Shown here piece by piece: positions 49,409-61,865 of a stretch of 64,000 nt of DNA (its first letter is position 1; each line of letters opens with the position of its first letter). Origin of the DNA: Vicugna vicugna (Eukaryota). Made by a program: the position numbers and the translations under genes. The notes below the pieces were generated by a model that saw nothing but the letters and a program-made list of their open reading frames with translations, did no database searches and was not told the DNA's origin. Location of the stretch: positions 124,001 to 188,000 of the forward strand of contig MU057987.1 in assembly GCA_013265495.1 (NCBI GenBank), written 5' to 3'.

Positions 49409-51455
49409 GGCTATTCAACTGTGTTAAAAGCCATCAAGTCAAAGTGCAGAGGAGAAATTGAGAACAAGGTAGTACAAAATAGATGAGAAACCAAGTATAG
49501 GAGATGAATTATGAGCAGAGAAAGCCAGCTTTTTTCAAGGTAGAACTAAAAGTTGCTTCTGAAAAATACCTGACAAGGGGTGTTGTTACAAGTAGATGAA
49601 AAGTATATTTGCATTTTCCCAGATCCTGTCTGCACCTGCTTCTAATTTTGTTTATAGTTGTCAAATTGCTGTTTTCATACTCCTTGTGAGACAAGTGTTT
49701 GGTTGTTTGGAGAGTGTTGGTGTTTTGTGTTTTAGAGCTGGTTACCATTAACAGGTAAATATAATTAGACTAGGGAGACCTTAGGGTATGAGAGTTGGGG
49801 AAAGTTTTAAATAGTATTACTGTAGTTTGCTCCAAGTTCTAAAACTGAAACATAGATCCTAGAACCAAAACTTTCATTTGTATACATTTGTGTCAGAGAC
49901 TTAACTAGTCTTTGTCATCTACAAAAGCTCTATAGCTGATTTACCTGGAGGCACTGGTTTGACTGCAGATGATCACAAGAAAGCCTTTCTGTTCAGGACC
50001 CAAAGGATGAAAGATACTTTTTTCCCCCTAACAAATTATTTTACAGGCTCATCCTGATTCAGTGATAAAGGAATACTCATGCTCGATCAGTACTTTGGGG
50101 CTGATGATAAGCACTGTGGCTGGATATTGTTTCTATTCAAGTGTGCAAAACCCTAGAGAATTGATTGACAGCTGCGGGGTGGCATTAGGTAAAGAAGGTG
50201 TCTGGTGCAACTTCAGTGTTCTGCCTGATGGAATAGCTTGATCACACTGTCAGCGAGGTACCTGCAATTCCAATACCAAAGACCATTTGGTCGCTGAGAG
50301 ATTCTTAACCCTCATTACGACTTCTACTTGAATAATCTAATGCCACAGCCCAAAGATACTGAAATTATCTCTTGTACTCCGGCCCTCTTCACAAGAGACT
50401 GCCACCAATATTCTGGAAGGAGAGAGAGAGAGAATGATATGACCGAGGAGCTAGGAGCTACTTCATCTGAGCCCCAAGTTTCTAAAGAAGTCTCTTCTGG
50501 ACTGCTGGGGTATGACAAATGCATACACGGTGGAACTATTTAGGGAACTAACATTGGCCAGTATACTCATAAACCTCTGGGTCAGGGGACAAACGATGCT
50601 AAAACAATCTGCATGGACTTTCAACTGTCAGCGCATTCACCATTTTTTAAAGAGATGCACACTAAAAATTGAGCCAAACGTGAACTCAGATTAATATTGG
50701 AATCCTTAAGCCATTAAATCCGAAATGAAAAACATCATACTCAATCCAGATCTAGAACCTTCAAGATTTATATTACATACGCCCCTTAATAGATGTGGGG
50801 GTTTCTTTTTTTTTTTTTAAGGTTTCAGATTGATCTGCTTTACATGCCACTGAAAAGATGCATTCAAAATAATCAAGAGCTTTAGGCGTAATTCAAATGG
50901 AAGTGTCATTGAAATGACACTAATCATGAACTCAGCATGCCAGCTCATCTAGGAGAGCTGTATTCATTTCCTCCCAAGTCCGCACGCATCCATTTCACCT
51001 TCTTGTAAGAAGACACAAATCAGGTATGTCCCCTGGTAAACAAATGTTACCACAATGTTTCCCTTTCCGCAGAATTCTTACGACGCGCATTTGTGGGGTT
51101 AAAAGATGTTGTTACGATGGGCATTTGTGGGGTTTAAAAGAGAAATATCCCCTCAGCAGGAAAACAACCTGTGTGGCTGGGACGAAAGGGAGGAAGAGGC
51201 CCCTGGAGCAAGAGACTTTCCCTTCTCTTCTTCTGAGAAACAGGAAGAAGATGAGCCGATGCTTCAGAGGAGACACTGGGATGTCTCACCCATGAGCTGA
51301 GTCAGGGGCTCCCCTACAAGGCATCTGGTCGTTCTTTCTTTCTTCTGGTCTACCCCTGCCGTTTAAACTGACTTTTAGCTTTCCAGTCTCTGTCAGCTCC
51401 TGCTACCCTTTCTTATTCTTCCGTGACTGCTTTCTTTTATTTGTATTTCCTCTAC

Positions 51456-51868
51456 TGTTAAAGAAAAAAACAATGATTCATGGCACTTCATTAAAGGGGT
51501 TAAGACAAACTTTATTCAGAGGGACTCCTGCAAGAGGGGTTTGGCAGTCGGGGTGGGCACTGGGCTGGGCTCTGACTGCAACAGGGACCAGCGTTGATTT
51601 ACAGCCAAGGAGGAGGGCGAGGTCAGTGGATGGAAAATCGTTTAGGGGGAACATTAAGGCCAGGGGGATTCTTGCTAGACTGACCCAACAGGATTCTTGC
51701 TGAAGGCAAGCCAGGGGATAAAATATCAAGGGTGGGGGATTTTCAATAAATCGACCCAGCAGGATTCTTTTTAAAACTAAACGGCGCCAAACACTGAGCC
51801 CAAAGGCTGGGACCTTGAGGGTTCAGAGCAACTGGACTAGAGTTGGGTCAAGAAGAGAGTCCTTGTCA
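51456..51868 (-). mobile_element. ERV1 solo LTR, MER31-like
   Basis: Minus strand starts TGACAAGGACTCTCTTCTTGACCCAACT and ends TAACA; repeated GGATTCTTGCT; 4-bp flanks CTAC/CCAC. Confidence 0.85.
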
Positions 51869-52039
51869 CCACCTAAAATAAAGCAAACATTCTCTAAAAC
51901 TCTGCTTTCCAGTCCTCACAGGAAAGGTCCTCTCCATCAGATTCTTTTGCCTGTAGAGGCCCCAGTGTCATCCTCCATGTCTGAGAAGTAACTATGCAGG
52001 ACTGCAGTCTACAGACTGGTTGGGGTCAAGCTGCCATTT

Positions 52040-53070
52040 TTCAAAATAGGGTGTAGGTCTTCTTGTCTTCCGTGTCTACAACATTATTGCAGCAGAAACC
52101 TAGCGTCAGCTTTACTCTTTATTGCTCCCACATCCAGCTGATTAGTCACGTCTTTACATCCTACCTCCGAAATACGTCCCAAATATTTTGCCCATTTCTC
52201 ATCATCACCATTTACTCTTTCCTGGATTCCTGCAACACTCTTTTGACTGGTCTCCCCACTTCTTTTCTTGTTCCCTTCTATCCTCTCCAAAATTTTTGAC
52301 TTATAGATGGGGAAATGGCATTTTTAAAACAAAAGTTGGATCAGATCATTACCAACCCCCACCCCCCGGCAATTTATTGGACTCTCCACTGCAATTAGAA
52401 TATGATCCATCTCTCTGTGCTTTGATCTATAAATCCGTATGACTTGACCTCTGTCTTTCTCTTTAACCTCATCTTGCTCCAATCTCCATCCAGTTCCTTC
52501 TGGTCCAGCCCACCACATATCTCCCCTTCTTTTTCCTTTGGGTCTCAGGGTAAATGCCCTCTTTGGAAAATGCCCCTAGAGTGGCCTCCGCTCTCCTCTC
52601 AGCCCCTGTTTGCTCCCTTCACAGCACTTATTAAACTTGAACATTTTTTGTCTGTCTTTTAACTTCATTTGGCTGTCTGACTCAGCATCAGCCGGCTCCT
52701 AGCCTACCAGCCATCTGTCTTCATCATCATTGTATTCCTAGTACCTAGAAAATAGTCGGATACATAATAGATGCGCAATGACTCTGTTTTTAATTGAAGT
52801 ATAGTTGATTTACAGGATTGTGTTAGTTTCAGGTGCACAGCAAAGTGATTCAGTTACTGTTTTTCAGATTATATTCCATTATAGGCTATTGCAAGAAATT
52901 GAGTGTAATTCCCTGTGCCATACAGTAAATCCTTATTGCTAATCTATTTAATGTATAGTAGTTTTTATCTGTTAATCCCAGGCTCCCAATTTGTCCCTCC
53001 CTCTCTCTCCCCTCTGGTAACCATACATTTGTTTTCCATGTCAATAATTGTTTTTTGGATCAATGAATGT
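52040..53070 (+). mobile_element. L2 3' region with an L1 inserted in its tail
   Basis: CCCACATCCAG..., CTGCAACACTCTTTTGACTGGTCTCCC, TGTATTCCTAGTACCTAG; tail TCAATGAATG resumes after the L1. Confidence 0.85.
52786..53041 (-). mobile_element. 5'-truncated L1 3' end
   Basis: TTTTTAATTGAAGTATAGTTGATTTACAG..TTGTGTTAGTTTCAGGTGCACAGCAAAGTGATTCAG. Confidence 0.92.
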
Positions 53071-55131
53071 CCTCAAGGCGCTTCCCAAAAGTCCCTTAGG
53101 CAGGAACTTCTAGAAAGAGTACAACACTCTCTTTTAACTGCCCTATTGTCTTTGATTTTAGAGAGATTTAAATTTCTTTCTGATATGAAATTATCCACTC
53201 AATTTCTCTAACCATATTCAAATTAAGTTCTTTAATGAGTATAGGTCATTAATGAGGTATAAAGGGCATGAGTAAACAGAGAATAGGTGTGCCTCTAAAA
53301 AAGTCAACTTTCACAAAACTATTCAAGCCTGCTCTCCACATTGTGGCACAATCTTCCTGAAAAATATAGATTATAATGTGGGTGCATAAAATGGAAGTCC
53401 CATGTTTATTGTTACAACTGGAGTGACTCCAGGGGTGATCTGGGTTCTAATAGTGACCCAAGAGTGAAGTAAACTTGCAGTTCCATGAACTCCGATGTCT
53501 TTAGGAGGGAGCCTGCCCGGAGCTCATATTGGTTTCTGCACGGTCTCTGCCAGAGGTAAGGACTAGGAGTGGGGTCTGGCCAACACAGGGCTCCCGTTCT
53601 CAGAGAGGGCATGGCAGCTGGCTGAGGCAACCTGGCCTCTGCCCAAAGACCTGGCAGGTGTCGGAGACACATGCAATGGATTACCTTCCCTTTCCCAAAA
53701 TACATTAAATGCTGATCAGCAATTCTCCGGGGATAATCATGAAATTAGACCTGTGATCATGTCATCAAATATCCATCTTGAGAGGGTCCAAATTATGCAA
53801 CCTGCCCCTCTCTGGAAGGCTCGGTCACGTACGCATTCATGGCAAACTTTTTGGATGAACTTCAGCAGCTGCTTGTCCTAAAGAGCTGGACACAGAATTC
53901 TTGGGCAGCATTTCATGTCCACTCTTCTGAAAGGCATGCAGAATTTCTGCTATTAATGACGAATTTCCTGCAACTTTGTTGGGAGAGGCTGTGGTACAGA
54001 TGCAGGCCAACTGTGCTCTGAGTACAAGATTTTATTTCCACTTATAATCAGTCAGCCACATTTTTAGAAAGAAAATGTTATATGAATTAATTGTAACAAA
54101 ATTGCCACCAGTTTAGGGAACTATAAGGTTAGTAGATGTGGACCACACATTGAAACACTTCAAAAAGGGGTAGAACATTAAAATACTTTCTGTAGAAATA
54201 TTCCTAATAAATGATGCATACACTGATTTTTCCCATTAACTCGGTTGTTAGTTTTAGATGAATATATCCAAGTTACGATCATTGTTTCTTATATTTGATT
54301 TTTAAGGACTTTCTCTCTAACTCCATTTAGTCAAGTCCTTTTCAAAATAAAATACCACAGATTGACTGTAACGATGCAGATTTAGTCATATCAATCAATG
54401 TAAACTAAAAAGAGACTATCACCCAGTATAATTGGGTGAAAATTAGATATAAAAGCAGAGTTATATGTCTATAAAATGAAATCTCAAGTTCTTTGCCAAG
54501 TGTCTGTGTTACTATTAATGGACTAGATGGTCCTTACGTTCACCTGAACACCGTGGTGGCCTGGGAAATCCGGGGGCCGAACCTGAGAGCAGAAGTAAAG
54601 GGAAGATCAAATTGTTCTGCCAAATAGACTGAGAAGAATTTGGAGGGGAGGAATCCAGGGAAATTGAAGAAGAGAGATGAGAGGGCAGAGGAAGAAAGAA
54701 GAAACAGAAAATAAATGATGAGTGATTAGGGGAAAATCTCAAGTGGGAGGGTAATTAAAAGAGCTTTTAAGAAGAATATTTAACATACAATTTCCAGTTT
54801 CTTAATTTCTGCAACATAAACTTCTTCCATCTTCTAGGTTTTTAACAAAGTGTGCTGGATTCTCTCTGCCTCTCAGTGTAAGTCAGAGAAAGGGCCAGCG
54901 CTATCCACAGTCCATGCACGGTTACGTGGGACAAGACTGCAAAACGACCCACTACCTGGGTTAATTAAGGGGAATAAATCTCAGAGCCAGAGGTGACCAT
55001 AGGAACATCATCCTCTTCAGTTTTACAATCATTTTTAAGTCATGTCTAACTTGGAGAAAATTTAAAGACAAGGAAATACCTCAATAGCCATAGTTAGGAT
55101 GTGAAAGCAAACGGAGAAAAAGCCAGCTCTG

Positions 55132-55611
55132 TGTAACTGAGCGGGATCCTGTGGGGTCTTCCCGAGGCAGACCCCTCCCCTGTATCCTCTGCTTTAGCTC
55201 CTCTCCGAAGTATCTGGATAATATTATCTGGTGCACATTCCCTGAGTTGTTCTGCAGATGCTAAAACCCCCACCAAATGGAAAGAAATTAGCACATCCCC
55301 TCCAGAGTCTGCCCTGAACCAGGAAATCTTTGCCATGATTTATCACCTTTTTTCCTTTACCTCATCATCAAACAATCAGAGAATTGTGCAGGGGCTGATC
55401 ACTGACCCTGGGACTCCCCTCCTTTCCCTGGCCTTTAAAAATGCTTTTTTGAAACCCATCTGGGAGTTTGGGCTTTTTGAGCACTGACTTTCCTGGACTC
55501 CTTGTCTGGCGCCTTACGATAAATGCTGCACTCTCCTTCCTCACAATCCGGGGTCAGTAAATTGGCTTCATTGTGCACAGGCCATGGGACCCAAGTTTTG
55601 GTTCAGTAAAA
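55132..55611 (+). mobile_element. ERV1-class solo LTR (artiodactyl lineage)
   Basis: Starts TGTAACTGA and ends TTCAGTAAAA; TATA-like CCTTTAAAAATG; poly(A)-signal-like GATAAA; flanks TCTG/TCTA. Confidence 0.85.
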
Positions 55612-58600
55612 TCTAGAGCTCTCTCAGTCACTGAGACTGACAGTGTTTGGAGGAAGTATAGCACAAAGTTGAAACTCTTCAGACAGACAGGTGAAAAAGA
55701 TCACTGCAGGAAGGGGGAATGTCGAGTTTCTGCAAACAGCATTAAAAGTCCACATCTAAGCAAGAGGACATTTTAACAGAGACTGGAGTGGGAGGTAGGC
55801 AGGAAGGGTGTAGTAACAGCTTAATGAAAACAGAGCACCTGAACAGAAATGGGATGGAGATAAAGGCCTTCAGAACATCTGACTATGGGTTTCAGGTTGG
55901 TCATCAGGTCTTTTGTGATGAGTAACTGGGATCTAACTTGACTGGTACAGGTACACTATCTGAGTGATTTGTGCTCGTCAATAAGGTAATGCAATAAACC
56001 CACTGTGTGAGCTCATTCTTTTTCAGCTAATTCTGTCTCTATTTTGAAGTCTTGACTCTCTAAGGTTCTTCAAAATATAATGCAGATTCTATCTGAGCTG
56101 GGAGGTCCCTGTTTGACTATTGTTGGCCTGATTCTGGAACCCAGAAAAAGCAAACCAGGTTAATTACATAGCTCACAAAGTACTGCACTAAAAAGCTTTG
56201 TTCTTGTATAGGTTTAACATTTGATGTACTAAGTAGGCACTGACAGTAGAAGAAAAAGAAGACCAGGAAGTTATATCAACATAGTACTTAACCAGCAGTT
56301 TCTCTGCCTCCTGAACAAAAACAATTAGATGGTGCTTGTCTGGCAGAACTAAGGGAATATTAGGTACTGATGCCCTACATAAAATGCTTTCCATTCAGAA
56401 AGAGTTTCATTATTAAAATTTTCACAAATGCAGAATTAGGACTCTTCTTCTGAGGCATTATATTCTGGGGGCGGGGTGGGGGGATGTTGACCAGCAAGAA
56501 ATTAAGAAGGATGCAATTCAAATATTGCCCTATATTTTTTTAAAGCATTTTTTTTTCTTCTCAGGTAATGAAACCATAATAACAACAAGAACCAGAGAAC
56601 TCTTGACACAAAGGGACCAACTCAGTGTTTCTCAATAATTCAGATGTATGTGCTTGTTACAGTTCTTAGTGATGTTCTTCTTTCCTGTCGCCATGGAAAT
56701 TGACATCAAATTATTTTCAATATAGTTTTGAAAGGAGAATGGGCGCTTCTGGTACATAATAGAGGTATTCATACCGCATAATGATCCTGACCACTGTGCT
56801 AATGGAAATCTACTTGATGATGAATGGTATTTTTTTTTAAATCTCTCTTTATGTCCTAAAAGCAATACACTTCGCCTTGCTTTGTGAGAAAACCTACTCA
56901 ACAACTCCACGAGAAGCTACGAGTGGCAGAAAAGCTAGCTCAAGTGTAGCTCTCACATTTGAGGGAAAGGAAGTGAGATGAAAGATCTCTTTTCAATTTT
57001 AGCTTCTTTTCATTTAAAAGCAAAGGGGGAAAAGGCTATACTGGCTTCAAATGTATCTGAATAGAGTAGATGAATTAATAAATGTTGTACATACTTGTAG
57101 TCAAAACGGAGCTTGTGAAAAGGAAAGGTGATATCCTACTGGTTGATGAGAGCCTGAGACATTTAGAATAAAGAAAACATTAACATTCAGATGCTGTCCT
57201 AACTGAATGGACACGTCATTGGGAGAATTAGCTGTGCTTTTCTGGAAGGGCCATGGGGGAGCGGAAGAGGGGACTCCCAACTGACTCTCTTACTTTGTCC
57301 CCTTCTTCCAATTAAAGTATATGTGTCCTGAAATTGGATGTTTCTTTCAACTTTATATTTATTCCATCATTTCCTAAAAACTGATGAAGAAAGACTTTCT
57401 CAGTGGTCCTTTATCCCATGTAATAGGTCCCAGATTAATATCCCCAAGAAACCGTTCTATCTTTTGTTTCTATGTCTACCTCAATATCCCCAGAATATTT
57501 TATTTCCCTGGGTTGTGGCCTTGGCCAGGCCTGCTCCCCTGAAACTTCAAATAGGGTTGATGACCAAAAACTAATATTCATTGCAGAAGTTTACAGCTAT
57601 GATAAGGCAGAAGAAGATGAAGCCAGGACATAGGTATTAGGTCCAGGTGAGGTGAGGAGATGTAGGTCCACTGGACCACCTCCTTCTTCGCCTCAACATT
57701 CTCTTAAAAGGCTCTGAACACTTTGATCAGGTGGACTCTTCATTCCACGTAAGCTCCTGAGACCTCAGTGGTCTCAGCATTCTTCCCTGAGAGGCAAGGG
57801 AGGCCCCAAGGAGATCCATCGGGATAGAACCAGAGGAAAAGAAGGCTGGGGTAAAACCTTGATGAGGTCCAAGTAAAACACAATGAGCCAGTAAAGTTTA
57901 CTGAGAATAAGCACACAAGGAAGGTGTGGTGTCACAGAAGCCAAAGGGAGACAGTGTTCTAAGAGAGGTCAGCGAGGAGGAGTGCTTTCCTGGTTAATTC
58001 CATTACCCAAACTTCATTATCTTTCTTTCATCCTATTGTTAAGAACATTTCTAATTTAATTCACCTCAGAAGATAGGATTTGCTTTTACTTTATTTTGAC
58101 CTGAATTCTATATGTAGACCCTTCTTACGGCAGACACATTTCAAAGTCAAATTTATCTGAATCAGATATATAAATCAAATAATATGTCACAGGTGCAGCA
58201 GTCGAAAGCCCCTAATTTTCTTTTTCAAAGGGTAGTAATAATCCATTATTACAAAGGATCAAAGATTATTTTGCATGATATGACACTTGACACTTGCATT
58301 TGCATTTGAGTACAATTAATTCTCTGAGACTCTACATGAAAAATAAAAGAGTGAAGACAAATCAATATTCTGACTAAAAATTAACCAAGGAATTTTATGG
58401 AGTTCTTACCCTGTATTCCTCTATCTTTGCTCATCACATTGTCACCCATGTTGGGTATGATACCTAAAGAGAGTCTGGTCTGAGCAAAGGCAATTTTTCC
58501 AGACAAAACTGCTAAAACGACACTACTTTCCTCAAGAGAATGGAGAGAAGACTGTTACAACTCTGTGGGAAGTGTTTCATTGGCATTTAAAGGCTCCTAT

Positions 58601-59432
58601 TAGTTTAAAACTATGCAAGCGAAAACAAAGAGACAGTGATGACGTCAATAAAAGATTTGAAGTCAACACATTTCCTAGTAAATGTCTCTATCCCAAAGTT
58701 AAGCATTTACATTTCTCTTCATGAAATGGAAAAGGAAGTCCCCAAATCAGTTATGACTTAGCAGTCACAAACTTTGCACTCTAACACAGTTTCTAAAATA
58801 TGTTTTGGTGCTGCCTACTCTTTTATTTGATAGTAAAACTTTCATGTAAGTTTCTATAAGAAAACTCTAACGTATCCTACCTTGTCTGCCTTTAGTTTCC
58901 AGAAAGAGTTCAAGATGGAATAAGAGGCATATTACAGCGTCTAAAATTTTTAAGATAAGGCTTTATCTCTCACTACAATTCTATATGGTATTTTCTTTAT
59001 TAATAACATACCTGTTTAGATGCCCTTCTAAATTAATTTATATTTTATTTTAGTAAGAGAACCCATCCCGTTCCTCACAAATAAGAGGTAGTTGCTTTGA
59101 GGCAACAAGAGGGAGCTGAGAAAAGGCCACTGAAAGACTTTCCAGTGATGGCATCATCTTTTGGCAATCAGTCATGTCGACTAAATCCATACCCCACACA
59201 CCGGTAGGGTACAGATGGGAACCGGACCCCGGATGCTCAGCTTGCCCTCCTCAGCACTGGCTCAGGAGCTCTGCACATATACAGCAGACAGCAGTCATTG
59301 CCAGCCACGGATCAGGAGTAGGAAGTGAGGGTGGTGGGAGATGAAGACAACAGACAGCAATAGTAGGGAAGCAGGGAGAGATGGGCGCTTACAGCACAGT
59401 AAGGGCAGTGAGAGGTACACAGAATAATTGTA

Positions 59433-59743
59433 CAGTTGGCCCTCTGTATCTGCAGGCTCTGCATCCAGGGATTGAATCAACCTTGGATGGAAAAGATTTG
59501 AAAAAAAATTCCACAAAGTTCCAAACAGTAAAACTTGAATTTGCCATGCCTGGTAAGTATTTACACAGCATTTCCATTGTACTAGGTGTTGTAAGTAATC
59601 TAGAGATGATTTAAAGTGTAGGAGGATGTGCAGAGGTTATATGCAAATACGACACCCTTTTATATTAGGGACTTAAGCATCTTCAGATTTTGAGATCCAC
59701 AGGGGTCCTGGAACCAGTCACTTCCAGTACCAAGGGATGGCTG
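59433..59743 (-). mobile_element. TcMar-Tigger MER2/MER2B-like
   Basis: TA-CAGTTGGCCCTCTGTATC ... TACCAAGGGATGGCTG-TA; internal GTAATCTAGAGATGATTTAAAGT and GGTTATATGCAAATAC. Confidence 0.92.
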
Positions 59744-61589
59744 TATACAAATTTTAAAGTGGGAGCCCTTTACATATTAATAAATTCCAAGGTGATTAAA
59801 AGGAGAGGTAGCTACCAATGTGGGTGATAAAGAGAAAAATAAAATCAAAGGCTTTGGTAAAAAAAAAAAAAAAGCTTAATGAAAAGTTTTTGAGAGTATT
59901 ATTTCCCAGTTAAGCTGACTTGTGCTATTTCCTTTTAGCCACTAATTATTTTTTCTTTCTCTCTTTGTAAAAATAATATGGCATTTTAATTGCCATTCAT
60001 TCTTGTGTATGTCGCACCCAAGGCTGGAAAACTTGAATTTTCCCGTCTCCCTCAGTGGCAGGGCAGACACTTCTGTGCTAGCGAAAGGTGCCGGCTGTGC
60101 AGTTTTCTCCCCTCACCATGCATCTGTGCAATTACTCAGTTCTTACAGGAAGGCAAGAAAGCAGATAAACAAGTAGCTATGGAAGTCTCAAAGGGAAGAA
60201 AGAGATCAGGATCGTCTTAATGTTCCCAAGTACGACAGAAAAAAGAGTTTTCAGACTCCCAGATCATTTCATCCACTTTATAAAGGCAATAAGGTAGACA
60301 AAGATACGCTCGTTTCTATTTCAATAATAGTATGTGTCAGGATCGTTTTGCATGAAGGTTAGCAGAACCATCCATCATTTCGGCTGAACTGCATATTTTC
60401 TTGTTCAGCATTGACAGATTTTTATTTTAACCTCAGAAGTTCCTCTCAAGGGACTCTATCAGGGACACTGTCATTTTTTATTCTGCTCTGTTACTTCTCC
60501 TTTTGTAAACTTTGATGTATGCAGACAACATATTCTGGCTAGGGAAATTTAATTAGGTAAGTCTACAAATTAATTGTTGCAATTAGACGGCTTCTAACTG
60601 CCTGGTGATATGAATTTATTTATGCAGTAATTATTATCAGATGTCTGGGATAAAAGTCTGCAGAGCTAAAGGTGCTAACTTTCAGATGTATACACAGCAC
60701 TCCACGTTAATTAGCTGCAAAAAAAAAAAAGCAGGTATTTTAAAAAATGAAGAAAAAAGAAAAAAACTTGTCTCCGTGGCCATATGCACATACAGATTTT
60801 GACAAGCAACTTGTTAACAAAACCTAAAGAGGATGGTTTTCTTTGTATTTTGCAAAATTCAGAATGTTAGAGATTACATAAATCACCATAAAACAACTTG
60901 CTAGTATATAAACTAGATGGAAATACAGACTTCAAGTCCATCCTATGAAAGGCATATAGGTATTTTGTTCATAGGCATGATTGCAAGGGCACATTTGAAG
61001 TCACTGATGATTTTTCAGTAAATTTTGTGCTTAGTCTTTAAGACCATTCACTACAACACTTTTTATGGAGCATATCTTTATAAACGCCTTTTAAGTTTTA
61101 GGAAATAAACAATGGTGTTTTAAGTTGTTTTCTCAAATTTTTTCTTCTGTAACAAGGGGCATTGTGGCTTTTAGTAGAGAAATACAGGCCTAATAACATC
61201 CGTTGAAAGAAAAAAGTACAGAGAGACCAATCCTGGCAGAGACAGAAGTCTATGAACAGAAGTTTGAAAGTCAAGCAGTAAAGTGAGAATGAATCATTGG
61301 TAGATAAGTAAATCGGTGTGATCTTCATGAAGAGAAAATTTTAACTGGATTTTTCATCACTTTAGAATACTGAGTATCTACAATCCAGTAATTTTTTAAA
61401 TGGAATTAAACCTTAAATAAATAATACCAAACTTAAAAACAACAGGTTCTCATCTCAGTGTCAATACGAATAACCTCAAAACTGTAGCAGGTCACACTGT
61501 CACCATGATTATCAGCACGTAGTCAAAACCTGGGATAAGCAGCCTTTCAATTCATTTCTTACCACATTCACATAATAGATGTTCATTAA

Positions 61590-61865
61590 TCACTTGCTGT
61601 ATGCATTTCTGCATGCACTGGGGACACAAACAAAAATTCCTACTCTCAGGGGGCTTCTACTCCTTTGAGGGATGATGTATAATAAATAGATTAAAATATA
61701 AATAATATTATTTCAGAACAATAACTAAATGGCAGGAAAGTTAAGCTATGTGAGGTACTGGTTGGCCTGGTGTGGGAGTCTGGAATGTTCTGTTTTGGGT
61801 AGAGTAGCCAGAAAGGCCTTTCTGAGATGGTGACATTTGATGAGACCTAAATTAGTGATCAGTGA
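61590..61865 (-). mobile_element. L2 fragment
   Basis: GCACTGGGGACACA...GTAGCCAGAAAGGCCTTTCTGAGATGGTGACATTTGA. Confidence 0.8.

Noticed and set aside
55620..56170. Possible further LTR fragment
   Set aside because: Could not identify termini or family with any confidence
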